Of a DNA stretch of 39,625 nt, positions 28,220-38,615 are shown piece after piece; within the stretch, counting starts at the first letter, position 1, and each line of letters begins with the position of its first letter. The notes beneath the pieces were generated by a model that ran no database searches, was not told where the DNA came from, and was given only the letters and a program-made list of their open reading frames with translations. Where the stretch lies: contig JBDRYB010000017.1 in the NCBI GenBank assembly GCA_039803205.1, forward strand, positions 1 to 39,625, written 5' to 3'. Origin of the DNA: a candidate division WOR-3 bacterium. Its GTDB lineage: Bacteria; Hydrothermota; Hydrothermia; JBDRYB01. Position numbers and translations under genes: made by a program.

Positions 28220-29407
28220 ATGGGGAGACGTGTCCTCATAATCATAGAGAACTTACCCGCGCCATTTGAGAGGCGGGTCTGGGAGCAGGCCAAGGCCTTG
28301 CGCAAGGCCGGATATGTAGTGTCCGTGATAAGCCCAAAGGGAAAGGGATTCAATAAGTGGCACGAGGTCATAGACGGCATTCACATCTATCGACATCCCC
28401 TTCCGATTGAGGCCGCGAACATACCCGCTTACCTATTTGAGTATCCCTGGGCAGTTGCGTGGCAGTTCATCCTCGCGGTCTGGATATACTTCTTTGGCCC
28501 TGGGTTCTCGGTCATTCACGGGTGTGACCCGCCGGATCTGGTTTTTCTGGTTGCGTGTCCGTTCAAGCTTCTCGGCGTGAAATACATATTTGACCACCGT
28601 GACCTCTCGCCAGAGCTATATGTCGTGAAGTTCGGGAAAAAGGGGATCTGGCACCGTTTGCTCCTTTTAGTAGAACGCTTATCCTATAAGACAGCTGATG
28701 TAGTGATAGCAACAAATGAGTCATACAGGAAGATAGGAATAGAGAGGGGAGGATTTGATCCTGGGAAGATATTCATAGTGAGGAGCGGCCCCAGGGCTGG
28801 TTTTGGTGAGGGTGCGAGGCCAAGGCATGACCTTTATCCTGACAGAAAGCTCGTTGGTTATGTGGGGGTCATAGGTCCCCAGGAGGGGCTTGATATGCTG
28901 GTTGATGCCGCGGATCACCTCGTGAATCGTCTGGGGCGCAAGGAGGCCATGTTCATAATAATGGGTGAAGGCCCAGCCCTGAAGGATGTTAAAGCATACG
29001 CGCAGAAAAAAGGCCTCCTTGACAAATACATGAAGTTCACTGGCTATGTCCCTACGGAGGAGCTCATTTCAACCCTGGCTTCCTGTTATCTGTGCGTTAA
29101 CCCTGATCATGTCAATCCGTTCTCGGACCGTTCAACAATGACAAAGGTGATGGAATACATGGCCCTTGGGAAGCCTATCGTGATGTTTGAGACAACAGAG
29201 GGAAGGTTCTCAGCGCAGGATTCCGCGCTCTACGCTAAACCCAACGATCCAGCAGACATGGCGGAGAAGATAGCCTACCTGTTTGACCACCCTGATGAGG
29301 CTCGTGAAATGGGCAAAAGGGGCAAGGAGCGCTTTGAGAAATACCTGAAGTGGGAGGCCTCTGTTCCAAGCCTCCTCGCGGCCTACAAGAAGATATTCGA
29401 GATTTGA
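28220..29407 (+). CDS. Glycosyltransferase family 4
   Basis: IIENLPAPFERRVW, DHRDLSPE, GYVGVIGPQEG, KVMEYMALGKP. Confidence 0.9.
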   Translation: MGRRVLIIIENLPAPFERRVWEQAKALRKAGYVVSVISPKGKGFNKWHEVIDGIHIYRHPLPIEAANIPAYLFEYPWAVAWQFILAVWIYFFGPGFSVIHGCDPPDLVFLVACPFKLLGVKYIFDHRDLSPELYVVKFGKKGIWHRLLLLVERLSYKTADVVIATNESYRKIGIERGGFDPGKIFIVRSGPRAGFGEGARPRHDLYPDRKLVGYVGVIGPQEGLDMLVDAADHLVNRLGRKEAMFIIMGEGPALKDVKAYAQKKGLLDKYMKFTGYVPTEELISTLASCYLCVNPDHVNPFSDRSTMTKVMEYMALGKPIVMFETTEGRFSAQDSALYAKPNDPADMAEKIAYLFDHPDEAREMGKRGKERFEKYLKWEASVPSLLAAYKKIFEI

Positions 29408-30600
29408 AGAAAAAGATACGTGTCCTTTACATCGTCACGGCGTTCCCGCGCCACGAAAAGGATGTAATAACCCCTTGGCTCTGGACACTGATCCGCGAGC
29501 TCATGAAACACGGGGTTGAGGCTGAGGTCCTGGCCTCAAGCTACAAGGGGATGGGCCGCGGAGAGCTCTGGGGGATTCGCGTCCACCGCTGGCGCTACGC
29601 GCCCGCCTGCTGGGAAACGCTGAGCCACGATGTGGCGATACCTGAAAAGCTGAAGGAGGGCTTATTCCCGAAAATTATGATTATCCCTTTTCTTCTTGGT
29701 GGATTCATAAAGGCATGGAAGCTGGCCCGAAAGGAGAAATACGACCTCGTCCATGTCCACTGGCCATTCCCCCTGGCATTCCTGGCCATGCCTTTCAAAG
29801 TCCCCAAGATATACACCTTTTATACCGCTGAGATCGTCCTTGCAGAGAAATTCAGATTCATCGGAAACCTGTTTCAATATCTTGTGAACCGGGCCCGGAT
29901 CCTCACCTTTCTCACCGGATATTGTCTCTCGCGATTCAGCAAAACCTTCAAGCTCCCCAGCGGTTCAAGAGCCGTTGTCATACCCTTTATGCCAGCAGGG
30001 GAGATGATTGAACTGCCTGAGATAAAGAGGGAAAATAATAGGCTTCTGTTCGTAGGCAGACTTGTGGAAAGAAAGGGAGTAAAGTATCTTCTGAGAGCTT
30101 TGAAAATCCTGAAAGAGCAATATCCTCACATAAAGCTTACGGTTATCGGAGCTGGACCTGAGGAGGGAAATTTGAAGTCTGAGGTGGAGGCCCTTGGAAT
30201 TCAAAATAGCGTGGATTTCCTGGGTTTGGTAAGCGAAGAGGAAAAGGCAAGGGAATATGGGAGGGCGGCCGTATTTGTCTTGCCTGCTATAGTTGACTCA
30301 AAAGGAGATACCGAGGGCCAGGGTGTTGTCATCCTTGAGGCCATGCGAGCAGGGGTTCCTGTCGTAGCCTCGGCCGTTGGGGGCATAACCGATCTGATAG
30401 TTGATGGTGAAACGGGCTTCCTCGTGCCGGAGAAGGATCCGGAGGCCCTTTCCGCTGTTCTGGCCAAGCTAATAGATTCACCGGATAAAAGAGAAATGGT
30501 TGCCATCGCGGCTCTTGAAAGACTTGAAAAGGAGTTTGGCCCCACTGTCATAGGCGAGCGACTCATTGATCTCTACTGGGAGGTCCTTGATCATCCATAG
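29404..30600 (+). CDS. Glycosyltransferase family 4
   Basis: HVHWPFP, FVGRLVERKG, EGQGVVILEAMRAGVPVV. TTG start at 29404 overlaps the upstream stop. Confidence 0.9.
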   Translation: MKKKIRVLYIVTAFPRHEKDVITPWLWTLIRELMKHGVEAEVLASSYKGMGRGELWGIRVHRWRYAPACWETLSHDVAIPEKLKEGLFPKIMIIPFLLGGFIKAWKLARKEKYDLVHVHWPFPLAFLAMPFKVPKIYTFYTAEIVLAEKFRFIGNLFQYLVNRARILTFLTGYCLSRFSKTFKLPSGSRAVVIPFMPAGEMIELPEIKRENNRLLFVGRLVERKGVKYLLRALKILKEQYPHIKLTVIGAGPEEGNLKSEVEALGIQNSVDFLGLVSEEEKAREYGRAAVFVLPAIVDSKGDTEGQGVVILEAMRAGVPVVASAVGGITDLIVDGETGFLVPEKDPEALSAVLAKLIDSPDKREMVAIAALERLEKEFGPTVIGERLIDLYWEVLDHP

Positions 30601-30643
30601 TAAAGATGCTATAATATCACCCGGATAATGAGGAGGTGTTGAA

Positions 30644-31864
30644 ATGTTTTTGCTATTTTTGCTCTCTGCTACGCTGTATCTGGCGAGGTGGAATACATCC
30701 AACTTCTGGGATGATACCGCGCACTTCATCCAAGTGTATCGCTCTATAGATAACGCGTGCACATGGGAGTTTCTGGCAAATGTGGGACACAACGGCACAG
30801 GCTACATAACATCTGACTTTGGCCTTGGCATAACCTATGAGGTCAATACGGGATATCTTTACCTGATTACTCTATGTCACTACTATGAACATACCTCGTT
30901 TGTAGGAACAGAGGTCTTCAGGTCAACGGATGGGGGTTTTACATGGCAATCCACAAAAGATTTCGGAGTCTTTTACACCTACAACACCTATGACTATGCC
31001 ACCGCTGGGATAACAAGTGATCCTTTTGGAAACAGACTGTTCTGCTATTTCTTTAGAGAAAATCCCCTTGGCATAACCGTCCAAATGTCCACAGATGGCG
31101 GCTTCACTTGGACCCAGAGAAGCACCTTGCCTTCTGGAAGCGGGACTGATCTTGAAGGCGAAATGCTCGTTGGGCCTGGAGGAATCCTCTGGATAGCTGA
31201 TTGGTTCAGCAACTATCCTGTTTGCTACAGAAGCACTGACGGCGGCATAAGCTGGTTATCCAGCAACATAAGCACACAAAACGGAATCAACTGGAGCGCG
31301 CGTTCAGTAGCCATTGCTTATCTATACCCGGATGTCTTTGCCCTGACCTGGGGCACAGGAAGCTCCGCGAGGTTATATCGTTCAACAGACCTGGGGGCCA
31401 GCTGGCAATATGTCTCCACAGTGATAAGCGGCTATGCTTCTGAGGATGGCTGTTGTGCCATGACCTCCCAGTATGGCTCTCTTTTCGCGGTTTTCTGGGA
31501 TGCTTCACGGCGTTGCGCAGTGTATCGCTCTGATGATCGTGGTGTGACCTGGCAGTATGTCAGCAACATACCCAGGCCAGAACCTTGGTATCCCCCTGCT
31601 TCCGCAGTGACCATAACGACGGATAGGCCCCCGTTGGCATCAGAAGAGAATGAGGCCGGCCAGGAAGAAAGATTCATAGTGAGTCCGATAATGAGCGGTC
31701 TCAGTCTTATCTCTCTTGGAAACGAACTACCGGTACAGATATACAGAACTGATGGTCGCCTTATTGCCTCGGTGCTGGTTAAGGATCGGGCCACGGTATA
31801 TCTTGACCCAGGAATCTATTATCTCAGATCACCTCTGGGTAGCCGAGTCAGCGTTGTTAGATAA
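30644..31864 (+). CDS. BNR/Asp-box repeat (sialidase-like propeller) secreted protein with short CTD
   Basis: Six S-x-D-x-G-x-T/S-W boxes (RSTDGGFTW etc.); IYRTDGRL...PGIYYL. Own TATAAT (30610) and SD AGGAGGTG. Confidence 0.82.
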   Translation: MFLLFLLSATLYLARWNTSNFWDDTAHFIQVYRSIDNACTWEFLANVGHNGTGYITSDFGLGITYEVNTGYLYLITLCHYYEHTSFVGTEVFRSTDGGFTWQSTKDFGVFYTYNTYDYATAGITSDPFGNRLFCYFFRENPLGITVQMSTDGGFTWTQRSTLPSGSGTDLEGEMLVGPGGILWIADWFSNYPVCYRSTDGGISWLSSNISTQNGINWSARSVAIAYLYPDVFALTWGTGSSARLYRSTDLGASWQYVSTVISGYASEDGCCAMTSQYGSLFAVFWDASRRCAVYRSDDRGVTWQYVSNIPRPEPWYPPASAVTITTDRPPLASEENEAGQEERFIVSPIMSGLSLISLGNELPVQIYRTDGRLIASVLVKDRATVYLDPGIYYLRSPLGSRVSVVR

Positions 31865-31867
31865 GGC

Positions 31868-33109
31868 CTATTTCATAAACGCCTCTATATTCTCCGGCGC
31901 GAGATAGTAGTTTATCTGGTCCTTGATTATCTCCGAGAGGGTCTTTGTTACCTTAAAGCCCAGGGCCTTCGCCCTGGTCGCGTCGCAGAGGAGTATGGGC
32001 ACATCCGAAGGTCTCATTCTCTCCTGATCAAAAAGAACCCTTATCTCTCCCCTCTCGGTCTCAAGGATCAAACCTTCGTCCTCTGGGACAAAGTCAAGCC
32101 CACCGAAGAGCAGGGCCTCGTCCACCCTGGTCCCCGGGAATTCAAGGCCAAAGGCCTTCAGGGTTATCAGCTCCCCTGGCTCATCAAGGGCCTTGTCCCC
32201 CTTTATGCTCCTGAGCTTGTGCACCTTGTAGCCCGCCTCAGCGAGGCCGAGGAGTATGAGCGAGAGAACAGAGTTTGTCCTTTCTGAGCCTTGGTTATAT
32301 ACCTGGCCCGGCGTCCCTTTTTCAGCAAGAAGCATATATCCCCTAACTATGTCCGAGACATGAGACCAGTCCCTGAAAGCAGAAACATTCCCGATGGTTA
32401 TGGCTTCCGTTTCCTCGCGAAGGAGCCTTGCTATCTGCATGGCAACAACGGATGTGACGAAGTGGCCTCCCCGTCCAGCGCCCTCGTGATTGAATGCACG
32501 AGAGACAACTGTGGCCATGCCGTTCGTTATGTGATACTGACGACAGAGGAAATCCCCGTGAACTTTGCTGACCGCGTATGGCGAGAGAGGTCTCAGTGGG
32601 TTTGTCTCCTTTATCGGAACCTCAGGGATGGCGACCGGATCAGGGAAATAGCTCCTGTTTTTGGTGACCCTCCTATACTGATCCTCAGAGTAAAAAACCA
32701 TCCCGTATTCCTCTGATGAGCCAGCGAAAATAACCCTTGCCTCAGGTGCCTTCAGCCTCACTGCCTCAAGCACATTCGCGGTCCCAAGTGAGTTTATGTG
32801 CACGGTCTCGGAGCAATAGATGAATGACCTGTGGACAAAGGACTGCGCGGCCAGGTGAAAAACCACCTCCGGCCTCGTCCTGTCCATTACAGAGAGGAGG
32901 GAATACAGGTCTGTTATGTCTCCCTCTATGAGCCTCACAGCCTCCATCAGTGATTTGTCCGCGAGGTTCTTGGGATATACCCTGTCAGCCCTGAACCTGA
33001 GAAGCCCAAACACATCTGCGCCTTCTTTGACAAGCTCCTTCGCGAGGTAGGAACCAGCAAAACCGGATATGCCGGTTATCAAAACTCTCTTACCCTTCCA
33101 GAAACCCAT
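31868..33109 (-). CDS. gmd: GDP-mannose 4,6-dehydratase-family SDR
   Basis: LITGISGFAGSYL, HLAAQSFV, SSEEYG, SPYAVSK, AFNHEG, RDWSH, RPSDV. Confidence 0.8.
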   Translation of the reverse strand: MGFWKGKRVLITGISGFAGSYLAKELVKEGADVFGLLRFRADRVYPKNLADKSLMEAVRLIEGDITDLYSLLSVMDRTRPEVVFHLAAQSFVHRSFIYCSETVHINSLGTANVLEAVRLKAPEARVIFAGSSEEYGMVFYSEDQYRRVTKNRSYFPDPVAIPEVPIKETNPLRPLSPYAVSKVHGDFLCRQYHITNGMATVVSRAFNHEGAGRGGHFVTSVVAMQIARLLREETEAITIGNVSAFRDWSHVSDIVRGYMLLAEKGTPGQVYNQGSERTNSVLSLILLGLAEAGYKVHKLRSIKGDKALDEPGELITLKAFGLEFPGTRVDEALLFGGLDFVPEDEGLILETERGEIRVLFDQERMRPSDVPILLCDATRAKALGFKVTKTLSEIIKDQINYYLAPENIEAFMK

Positions 33110-33200
33110 AGGGGGAAATTATAATGCGCTCTCATGGTTCTGTGCCTCGTATCCAGCCGCCAACGAGAAAACGGAAAAGCGCAACCATTATAATTTCAAC

Positions 33201-34175
33201 ATGCGCGTTCTCGTATCCGGGGGCGCTGGGTTCATAGGTTCCCACACCGCTGAGGAGCTCCTGAGAAGGGGCCACGAGGTCGTTGTCCTAGATAACTTCT
33301 CAACCGGCAAGCACGATAACATTGATGACATGATGAGCGCTCTCGCGAGGGAGGGGATTAGGCCCGGGCACAAGTTCAGGCTGGTTGAAGGCGATGTGAG
33401 GGATCCGAACGCAGTGAGGGAGTGCCTTGACCGTGTCGCCGGGATAATCCACCTTGCCGCGATACCGGCTGTCCCTAGGTCATTAGAGGACCCCGCGGAG
33501 ACCTCTTGTGTTAACTATATTGGAACAATCAACATCCTGGAGGAGGGGAGGAGGGCGGGGGTAAAGAGGTTTGTCTGCGCCTCCAGCTCAGCTGTTTACG
33601 GCAATACACCCTGCTTGCCAAAGTCTGAAGACATGACCCCTCAGCCCCTTTCTCCATATGCGGTTGGGAAATACGCGTGCGAGATATTCGGCAAGATATT
33701 TGTGGGGCTTTACCCAGACCTGAACATAGTGTTTCTGAGATACTTCAATGTCTTTGGCCCCAGGCAGGATCCCTCCTCAGGATACGCGGCTGTTATTCCA
33801 GCTTTCATTTCTAATATCCTGAGAAACGAGCCTCCCGTGGTTTTCGGGGATGGTCACCAAACGAGGGATTTCACCTTTGTAAAGGACGCTGTTCAGGCAA
33901 CCCTTCTCTCGCTTGAAATGGGACAAGGGTTCGCGGTCTACAATGTCGCTAGGGATAGCCAGACGACCCTTCTCGAGCTTCTGGAGGTCATATACCAGCT
34001 AGCGGGAAAGAAGATTGAGCCGGTCTTCACAGAACCGAGGCCAGGGGATGTCCTTCACTCAAGGGCGTCCCTTGAAAGAATAGGGCGCGAGATAGGCTAT
34101 GTGCCGCGGTATAGCCTTGAGGAAGGCCTGGAGCTAACCGTGAGATGGTATGAAGAGCGGTTGCAAAACGGGTAG
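33201..34175 (+). CDS. NAD-dependent nucleotide-sugar 4-epimerase (GalE/WbpP-like)
   Basis: GGAGFIGSH, ASSSAVYG, SPYAVGK, LRYFNVFGPRQDP, GDGHQTRDF. Start reassigned to ATG 33201. Confidence 0.88.
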   Translation: MRVLVSGGAGFIGSHTAEELLRRGHEVVVLDNFSTGKHDNIDDMMSALAREGIRPGHKFRLVEGDVRDPNAVRECLDRVAGIIHLAAIPAVPRSLEDPAETSCVNYIGTINILEEGRRAGVKRFVCASSSAVYGNTPCLPKSEDMTPQPLSPYAVGKYACEIFGKIFVGLYPDLNIVFLRYFNVFGPRQDPSSGYAAVIPAFISNILRNEPPVVFGDGHQTRDFTFVKDAVQATLLSLEMGQGFAVYNVARDSQTTLLELLEVIYQLAGKKIEPVFTEPRPGDVLHSRASLERIGREIGYVPRYSLEEGLELTVRWYEERLQNG

Positions 34176-34214
34176 TGGCGGGCCCTATGCCCGCTTTATG
34201 GCGGAGATTTTCTC

Positions 34215-35282
34215 ATGAGGGTCGTATCCGTTGTGGGTGCCAGGCCCCAGTTCATAAAGCTGAAGCCAATTCACGATGCCCTGCGAGATTCAGGCCACGA
34301 GCATGTTATCATCCACACTGGCCAGCACTATGACCCTGAGATGTCGGATGAAATGTTCTCCGATATGAACCTCCCAGAACCCAACGCGCATCTCGGAATA
34401 GGGCCGGATGAGCCAGCTCGGCAGGTCGCGAGAATGATAAGTGCACTTGAGGCTGAGATAATTAAGGTTTCTCCGGACTGGGTTCTGGTCTACGGGGATA
34501 CAACGACAACAATGGCAGGCGCCATAGCCTCATCGAAGCTCAGAGTGAAAACCGGACATGTGGAGGCAGGGCTCAGGTCATACGATCCAATGATGCTGGA
34601 GGAGGTCTCGCGGAGGATCTCAGACCGGCTCTGCCAGGTGCTTTTTGCGCCAACGAAAGGGGCTGTCTCAAATCTTGAGCGAGAGGGGCTCGGCGAAAGG
34701 GCAAGGCTCGTGGGAGATGTGATGCTGGATGCCTTCCTCGGATTCTCGCAAAAGGCGTCTGAGATAAAGTTCAGCGAGCATATCGGAATAGGAAAGCCCT
34801 TCATCCTCGCGACTGTTCACAGGGCTGAGAATGTTGACGATCCGGAAAACCTCGCCGCCATACTGAAAGGGCTTCAGGAAGCAGGGAGCCTTATGCCCGT
34901 GGTCTTCCCCGTTCATCCGAGGACAGCCAGGAGGGTGGAGGAGCACGGCCTAGAGGGCTATCTATCGGCCATGAAAACTATCCCACCCGTGAGCTACCTC
35001 AGAAACCTCTCCTTGCTTCTTGATTCTGATCTGGTCATAACGGATTCGGGCGGGCTTCAGAAAGAGGCATTTTTCGCTCGCAAGCCCTGCATTACCCTGA
35101 GAGGTGTAACCGAGTGGCCGGAGACCCTTGAGGGTGGAGCGAACCGTCTCTTGCCGCGCGGGGATGGATTGGCTAAAACAATAAGGTTTATAATTAATAA
35201 CCCTCCAGCGATTCCTGAGCCGAGCGAGTTCGGTTCAGGGAGAGCGGCAAGGCTTATAGTGGAGGTCATGGGTGAAACCTGA
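34215..35282 (+). CDS. wecB: UDP-N-acetylglucosamine 2-epimerase (non-hydrolysing)
   Basis: VGARPQFIK, HTGQHYD, GDT, HVEAGLRS, TVHRAEN, TDSGGLQKEA. Confidence 0.93.
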   Translation: MRVVSVVGARPQFIKLKPIHDALRDSGHEHVIIHTGQHYDPEMSDEMFSDMNLPEPNAHLGIGPDEPARQVARMISALEAEIIKVSPDWVLVYGDTTTTMAGAIASSKLRVKTGHVEAGLRSYDPMMLEEVSRRISDRLCQVLFAPTKGAVSNLEREGLGERARLVGDVMLDAFLGFSQKASEIKFSEHIGIGKPFILATVHRAENVDDPENLAAILKGLQEAGSLMPVVFPVHPRTARRVEEHGLEGYLSAMKTIPPVSYLRNLSLLLDSDLVITDSGGLQKEAFFARKPCITLRGVTEWPETLEGGANRLLPRGDGLAKTIRFIINNPPAIPEPSEFGSGRAARLIVEVMGET

Positions 35283-36177
35283 GATAAGCTTCTTGTTTGT
35301 CAACTACGATTCGGGGGACTACCTGATGAGGTCCCTTCGCTCCATCATTGACGACTCGATTCCGGTCCCTTACGAGGTCATAGTGATAGATAATGCCTCA
35401 AAGGAGGGGTTGCCGCTTTCGGTAACAGCTGTTTGGCCATGGGTTAGACTTTTCATATCCGAGGAGAACCTTGGCTTCGCGAGAGCCGCGAACTACGGCG
35501 TTCGTCAGGCCCGTGGCAAGTATGTGGTCTTGGTGAATCCGGATACCCTGGTTTACCCCGGAACCATAAAGAAGCTATACGAGTTCATGGAGTCCAATCC
35601 TGATTCAGCAGGCGTCTCGCCTCAGGCCTTCTACACTACAGGTGAATACCAGCCCGTTGCCAGAAGGTTTATAACCCTTGGATATGTGCTTTTCGGAAGG
35701 AGGAGTATTTTCCACAGGTTCCTGCCGAATAACCCATTAACCAGGAGATACCTTTATTCAGGAATAGAGCATTCACCGGATCCGGTTGAGGTTGAGGCTC
35801 TTATTGGCGCTTTCATGTTCCTCCGGAGGGAGGCATTCCTGGACGCAGGGGGTTTTGACGAGCGCTTCTTTTTCTATGCGGAGGACATAGACCTCTGTAG
35901 ACGCCTCCATGCCAAAGGCTGGAAGATATACTTGCATCCCGGAGCCAGGATAATCCACTTCTACGGAGGCTCTAGAAAGAAGATACACCTCTTCTCCGAG
36001 TATCACAGGATGAAGGCATTCTATAAGTTTTTCACAAAGCACATGAGTAGTCTCAGAGCGCTTCAGCCCATTCTGGCACAGGGACTCGCTGGGGTGACCG
36101 CGGCCATGATGTTCACCTCCATATTCGGCGCGGAGCCAAAGGAACCCTCTTGGATAAGGGAGAGAAAGAGAAAATGA
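35272..36177 (+). CDS. Glycosyltransferase family 2 (WbbL-like)
   Basis: VIDNAS, NLGFARAAN, VNPDT, GGFDERFFFYAEDIDLC. Confidence 0.88.
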   Translation: MKPEISFLFVNYDSGDYLMRSLRSIIDDSIPVPYEVIVIDNASKEGLPLSVTAVWPWVRLFISEENLGFARAANYGVRQARGKYVVLVNPDTLVYPGTIKKLYEFMESNPDSAGVSPQAFYTTGEYQPVARRFITLGYVLFGRRSIFHRFLPNNPLTRRYLYSGIEHSPDPVEVEALIGAFMFLRREAFLDAGGFDERFFFYAEDIDLCRRLHAKGWKIYLHPGARIIHFYGGSRKKIHLFSEYHRMKAFYKFFTKHMSSLRALQPILAQGLAGVTAAMMFTSIFGAEPKEPSWIRERKRK

Positions 36178-37547
36178 AGGGAACCCTCATGAAGAGGATC
36201 TTGCCTCCTATCGTGCTGTTCGTGGGTGATATTGTCGCTATAATTCTCTCATACATGACTGCTTTTACTCTCAGGAAGTTCATAATGAGCCAAGTTCTTG
36301 ATTTTCTGCCCCCAACCCTCGCTTTCAGTCTATTCGTGGAGAGGTTTTATCTTCTCTTGTTCTGGATCGTAGGGTTTGTCTACGAGGGGCTTTACACGAA
36401 GCGCTATCCCTTCTGGCAGGAGATACTTCGGCTCTGGAGGGCAGGGGTTATGGCCACCATGCTGGTGACAGCAGTTATGTTCGTAACCGCTGAGCCCTTT
36501 TATCTCTCAAGAATAGTTATGCTCCTGGCCCTCCCGGTGAGCTTTGTCTACCTGCCAGCAACCAGGGCGATTCTCAGAAACCTCATGATCAAACTCGGAA
36601 TGTGGCGGAAGAAGGCATGCCTCCTTGTTGATCCGAAGGATGCGAATCGGTTGAAGGGGGCCGTAGAAAGGGACAAGGCCCTCGGGTATCAGGTCATAAG
36701 GGTGATGAATGGATGGGACCCCGATATTGATTTTGAGGGGGCCAAGGCTCTGATAATACAGATGGAACATTTCAAGGGAAAGACCCTCAACAAAATACTT
36801 GAGGAAGCGGAAGAGAGGGGTATAAATGAGATCCTCATAGCCCCTGACCTCGCTAACATGAGGCTCACCAGCGTGACCCTTGAGAACCTTGAGAGCCAGG
36901 TTTTCCTGAAGCAGGACGAAGGCCTTCTCATGCCGGGCAAGAGGGCCCTCAAGAGGGTCCTTGACTTCATTTTGGCTTCGGTTTTTCTCGTGCTCACATT
37001 TCCCCTTTATCCGCTAATAGCCATTTTGGTAAAGCTGGATTCCAAGGGCTCAGTTATATTCAGAAACAAGAGAATAGGCAAGGATGGCCAGGAATTCATC
37101 TGCTACAAGTTCAGGACCATGTATGAGGATGCGGATGAGCGCCTTGAGAGATACCTCGCTGGGAATGAGAAGGCCCAGAAAGAGTGGCTGGAATACTCAA
37201 AGATCACCAACGATCCCCGGATAACCAGAGTGGGTAGGTTTCTCAGAAAATTCAGCCTTGATGAATTGCCTCAGTTCATAAATGTTCTCAGGGGCGAGAT
37301 GAGCATAGTCGGACCAAGGCCCTACATGGCATGGGAGATAGCGAGAATGGAGGAGCCCGCTCGCACCATTCTCAAAGTGAAGCCAGGAATAACTGGCCTG
37401 TGGCAGGTCTCCGGCAGGAACGAGATAGATTTCAAGAACCGGCTTTTGCTTGACGAGTATTATGTGAGAAATTGGTCGTTGTGGCTGGACACGGTGATAC
37501 TCATAAAGACCTTTAAGGCAGTGATCCTCGCGAAGGGCGCGTATTAA
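36174..37547 (+). CDS. Undecaprenyl-phosphate hexose-1-phosphate transferase (WbaP-like)
   Basis: N-terminal TM helices, KRVLD, YKFRTM, DPRITRVGRFLRKFSLDELPQ, MSIVGPRP, KPGITGLWQVSGRN. Confidence 0.92.
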   Translation: MKGTLMKRILPPIVLFVGDIVAIILSYMTAFTLRKFIMSQVLDFLPPTLAFSLFVERFYLLLFWIVGFVYEGLYTKRYPFWQEILRLWRAGVMATMLVTAVMFVTAEPFYLSRIVMLLALPVSFVYLPATRAILRNLMIKLGMWRKKACLLVDPKDANRLKGAVERDKALGYQVIRVMNGWDPDIDFEGAKALIIQMEHFKGKTLNKILEEAEERGINEILIAPDLANMRLTSVTLENLESQVFLKQDEGLLMPGKRALKRVLDFILASVFLVLTFPLYPLIAILVKLDSKGSVIFRNKRIGKDGQEFICYKFRTMYEDADERLERYLAGNEKAQKEWLEYSKITNDPRITRVGRFLRKFSLDELPQFINVLRGEMSIVGPRPYMAWEIARMEEPARTILKVKPGITGLWQVSGRNEIDFKNRLLLDEYYVRNWSLWLDTVILIKTFKAVILAKGAY

Positions 37548-37603
37548 AGGCTGTGGGGGATCAGTTTTACTGGGCTGATAGTCATGGTTTATAATTTATA
37601 CCT

Positions 37604-38158
37604 ATGAGGAAGACGATTTTCTCGTTTGTATTCTTGTTGGTTTTCGTGTCTTGTGAGACAGGGGAGGAGAACCCTCCTGGCGATCCCATGCCCCTTGTCC
37701 TCGGCAACTATTGGCTTTATGAGGCTGAGGGCCCAGATAGCACCTATCATGTTCTTGACACACTGGCCGATACACTGAATTTCTCAGGTTATCATGCTTA
37801 TCTCCTGTGGCACCGAACACCGGATGGGACGGACACCGTATTCGCTTACTATGACGACGAAGGCTATCTAGTGTGGGCGGATGTCGGTGTCTCTGACACC
37901 CTATTCACTAGAGTAGCGAAGAGGGACATGGCTCCAGGAGACACATGGAGCACTTGGCCTGGCTCGCCGGTCATCATGAGGGTTGGAGAGAGGGAGACCC
38001 TTCACTTATCAGCCGGGGATTTTGAAGCCCTCCCAGTAATGATGAGCACAGGAACGGACACGATGGCGATTCACTGGTTTTCCTTTGGAGCTGGAAGGGT
38101 TCAGCATTTGGACTTCGGTGGATTCTACCACAGGTTGGTGGAATATAAGCTGAACTGA
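37604..38158 (+). CDS. Hypothetical lipoprotein
   Basis: MRKTIFSFVFLLVFVSC lipobox; PLVLGNYWLY and AGDF motifs of beta-rich lipoproteins. Confidence 0.7.
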   Translation: MRKTIFSFVFLLVFVSCETGEENPPGDPMPLVLGNYWLYEAEGPDSTYHVLDTLADTLNFSGYHAYLLWHRTPDGTDTVFAYYDDEGYLVWADVGVSDTLFTRVAKRDMAPGDTWSTWPGSPVIMRVGERETLHLSAGDFEALPVMMSTGTDTMAIHWFSFGAGRVQHLDFGGFYHRLVEYKLN

Positions 38159-38177
38159 AAAACCCAAATTCCGATAC

Positions 38178-38615
38178 CTACCGGTTTTGCCTTTCTTCTA
38201 AATATCTAGCTAACATAATAGTCCCGTATGCCGCCGCGACCCCAGCCCAGGACGCGACCATGTCTCGCCAGCTGAATCCATCGCCTACGAAGTGATAAGG
38301 TCTCGCCTTAGTCTGCTCAGAGGGAAAGTTCTCCGGATTGTAGTAGGCATCCTTGACCTCCCAAAGGAAAGCCACGGTAGCCACGGATGAAGTGACAACA
38401 GGGTCAGAGAGCCACGGCCAGCCCGAGGCATCCCCCAAAACCAAGAGGGGCAGGGTTCCGATGTAGCCGCCGACGAAGTGCTCAAGCTTATCGGATGTCC
38501 TGGTGGTTGTCCTCCAGTGGTCGCCTTTTGCCCAGCGCCAACAGATGGTTGCTTGCTGAGGGGCTCTTAGGGAGTCCTCAACCGCTGTTTGGGCCATCAG
38601 GAGGAGTAGGAACAT
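38178..38615 (-). CDS. Hypothetical membrane protein, YfiM/DUF2279-like
   Basis: DKLEHFVGG...WEVKD...GFSWRDMVASWAG. Start reassigned to ATG 38615. Confidence 0.6.
   Translation of the reverse strand: MFLLLLMAQTAVEDSLRAPQQATICWRWAKGDHWRTTTRTSDKLEHFVGGYIGTLPLLVLGDASGWPWLSDPVVTSSVATVAFLWEVKDAYYNPENFPSEQTKARPYHFVGDGFSWRDMVASWAGVAAAYGTIMLARYLEERQNR

Noticed and set aside
27736..28380. 214-aa minus-strand ORF across the XRE gene and repeat array
   Set aside because: Antisense to clear genes; the Tyr/Ile/Asn-rich tail merely reflects the AT-rich repeats.
34178..34198. Hairpin GCGGGC-CCTAT-GCCCGC-TTT before wecB as a regulatory RNA
   Set aside because: A short stem with only three T; at most a weak terminator or stability hairpin.
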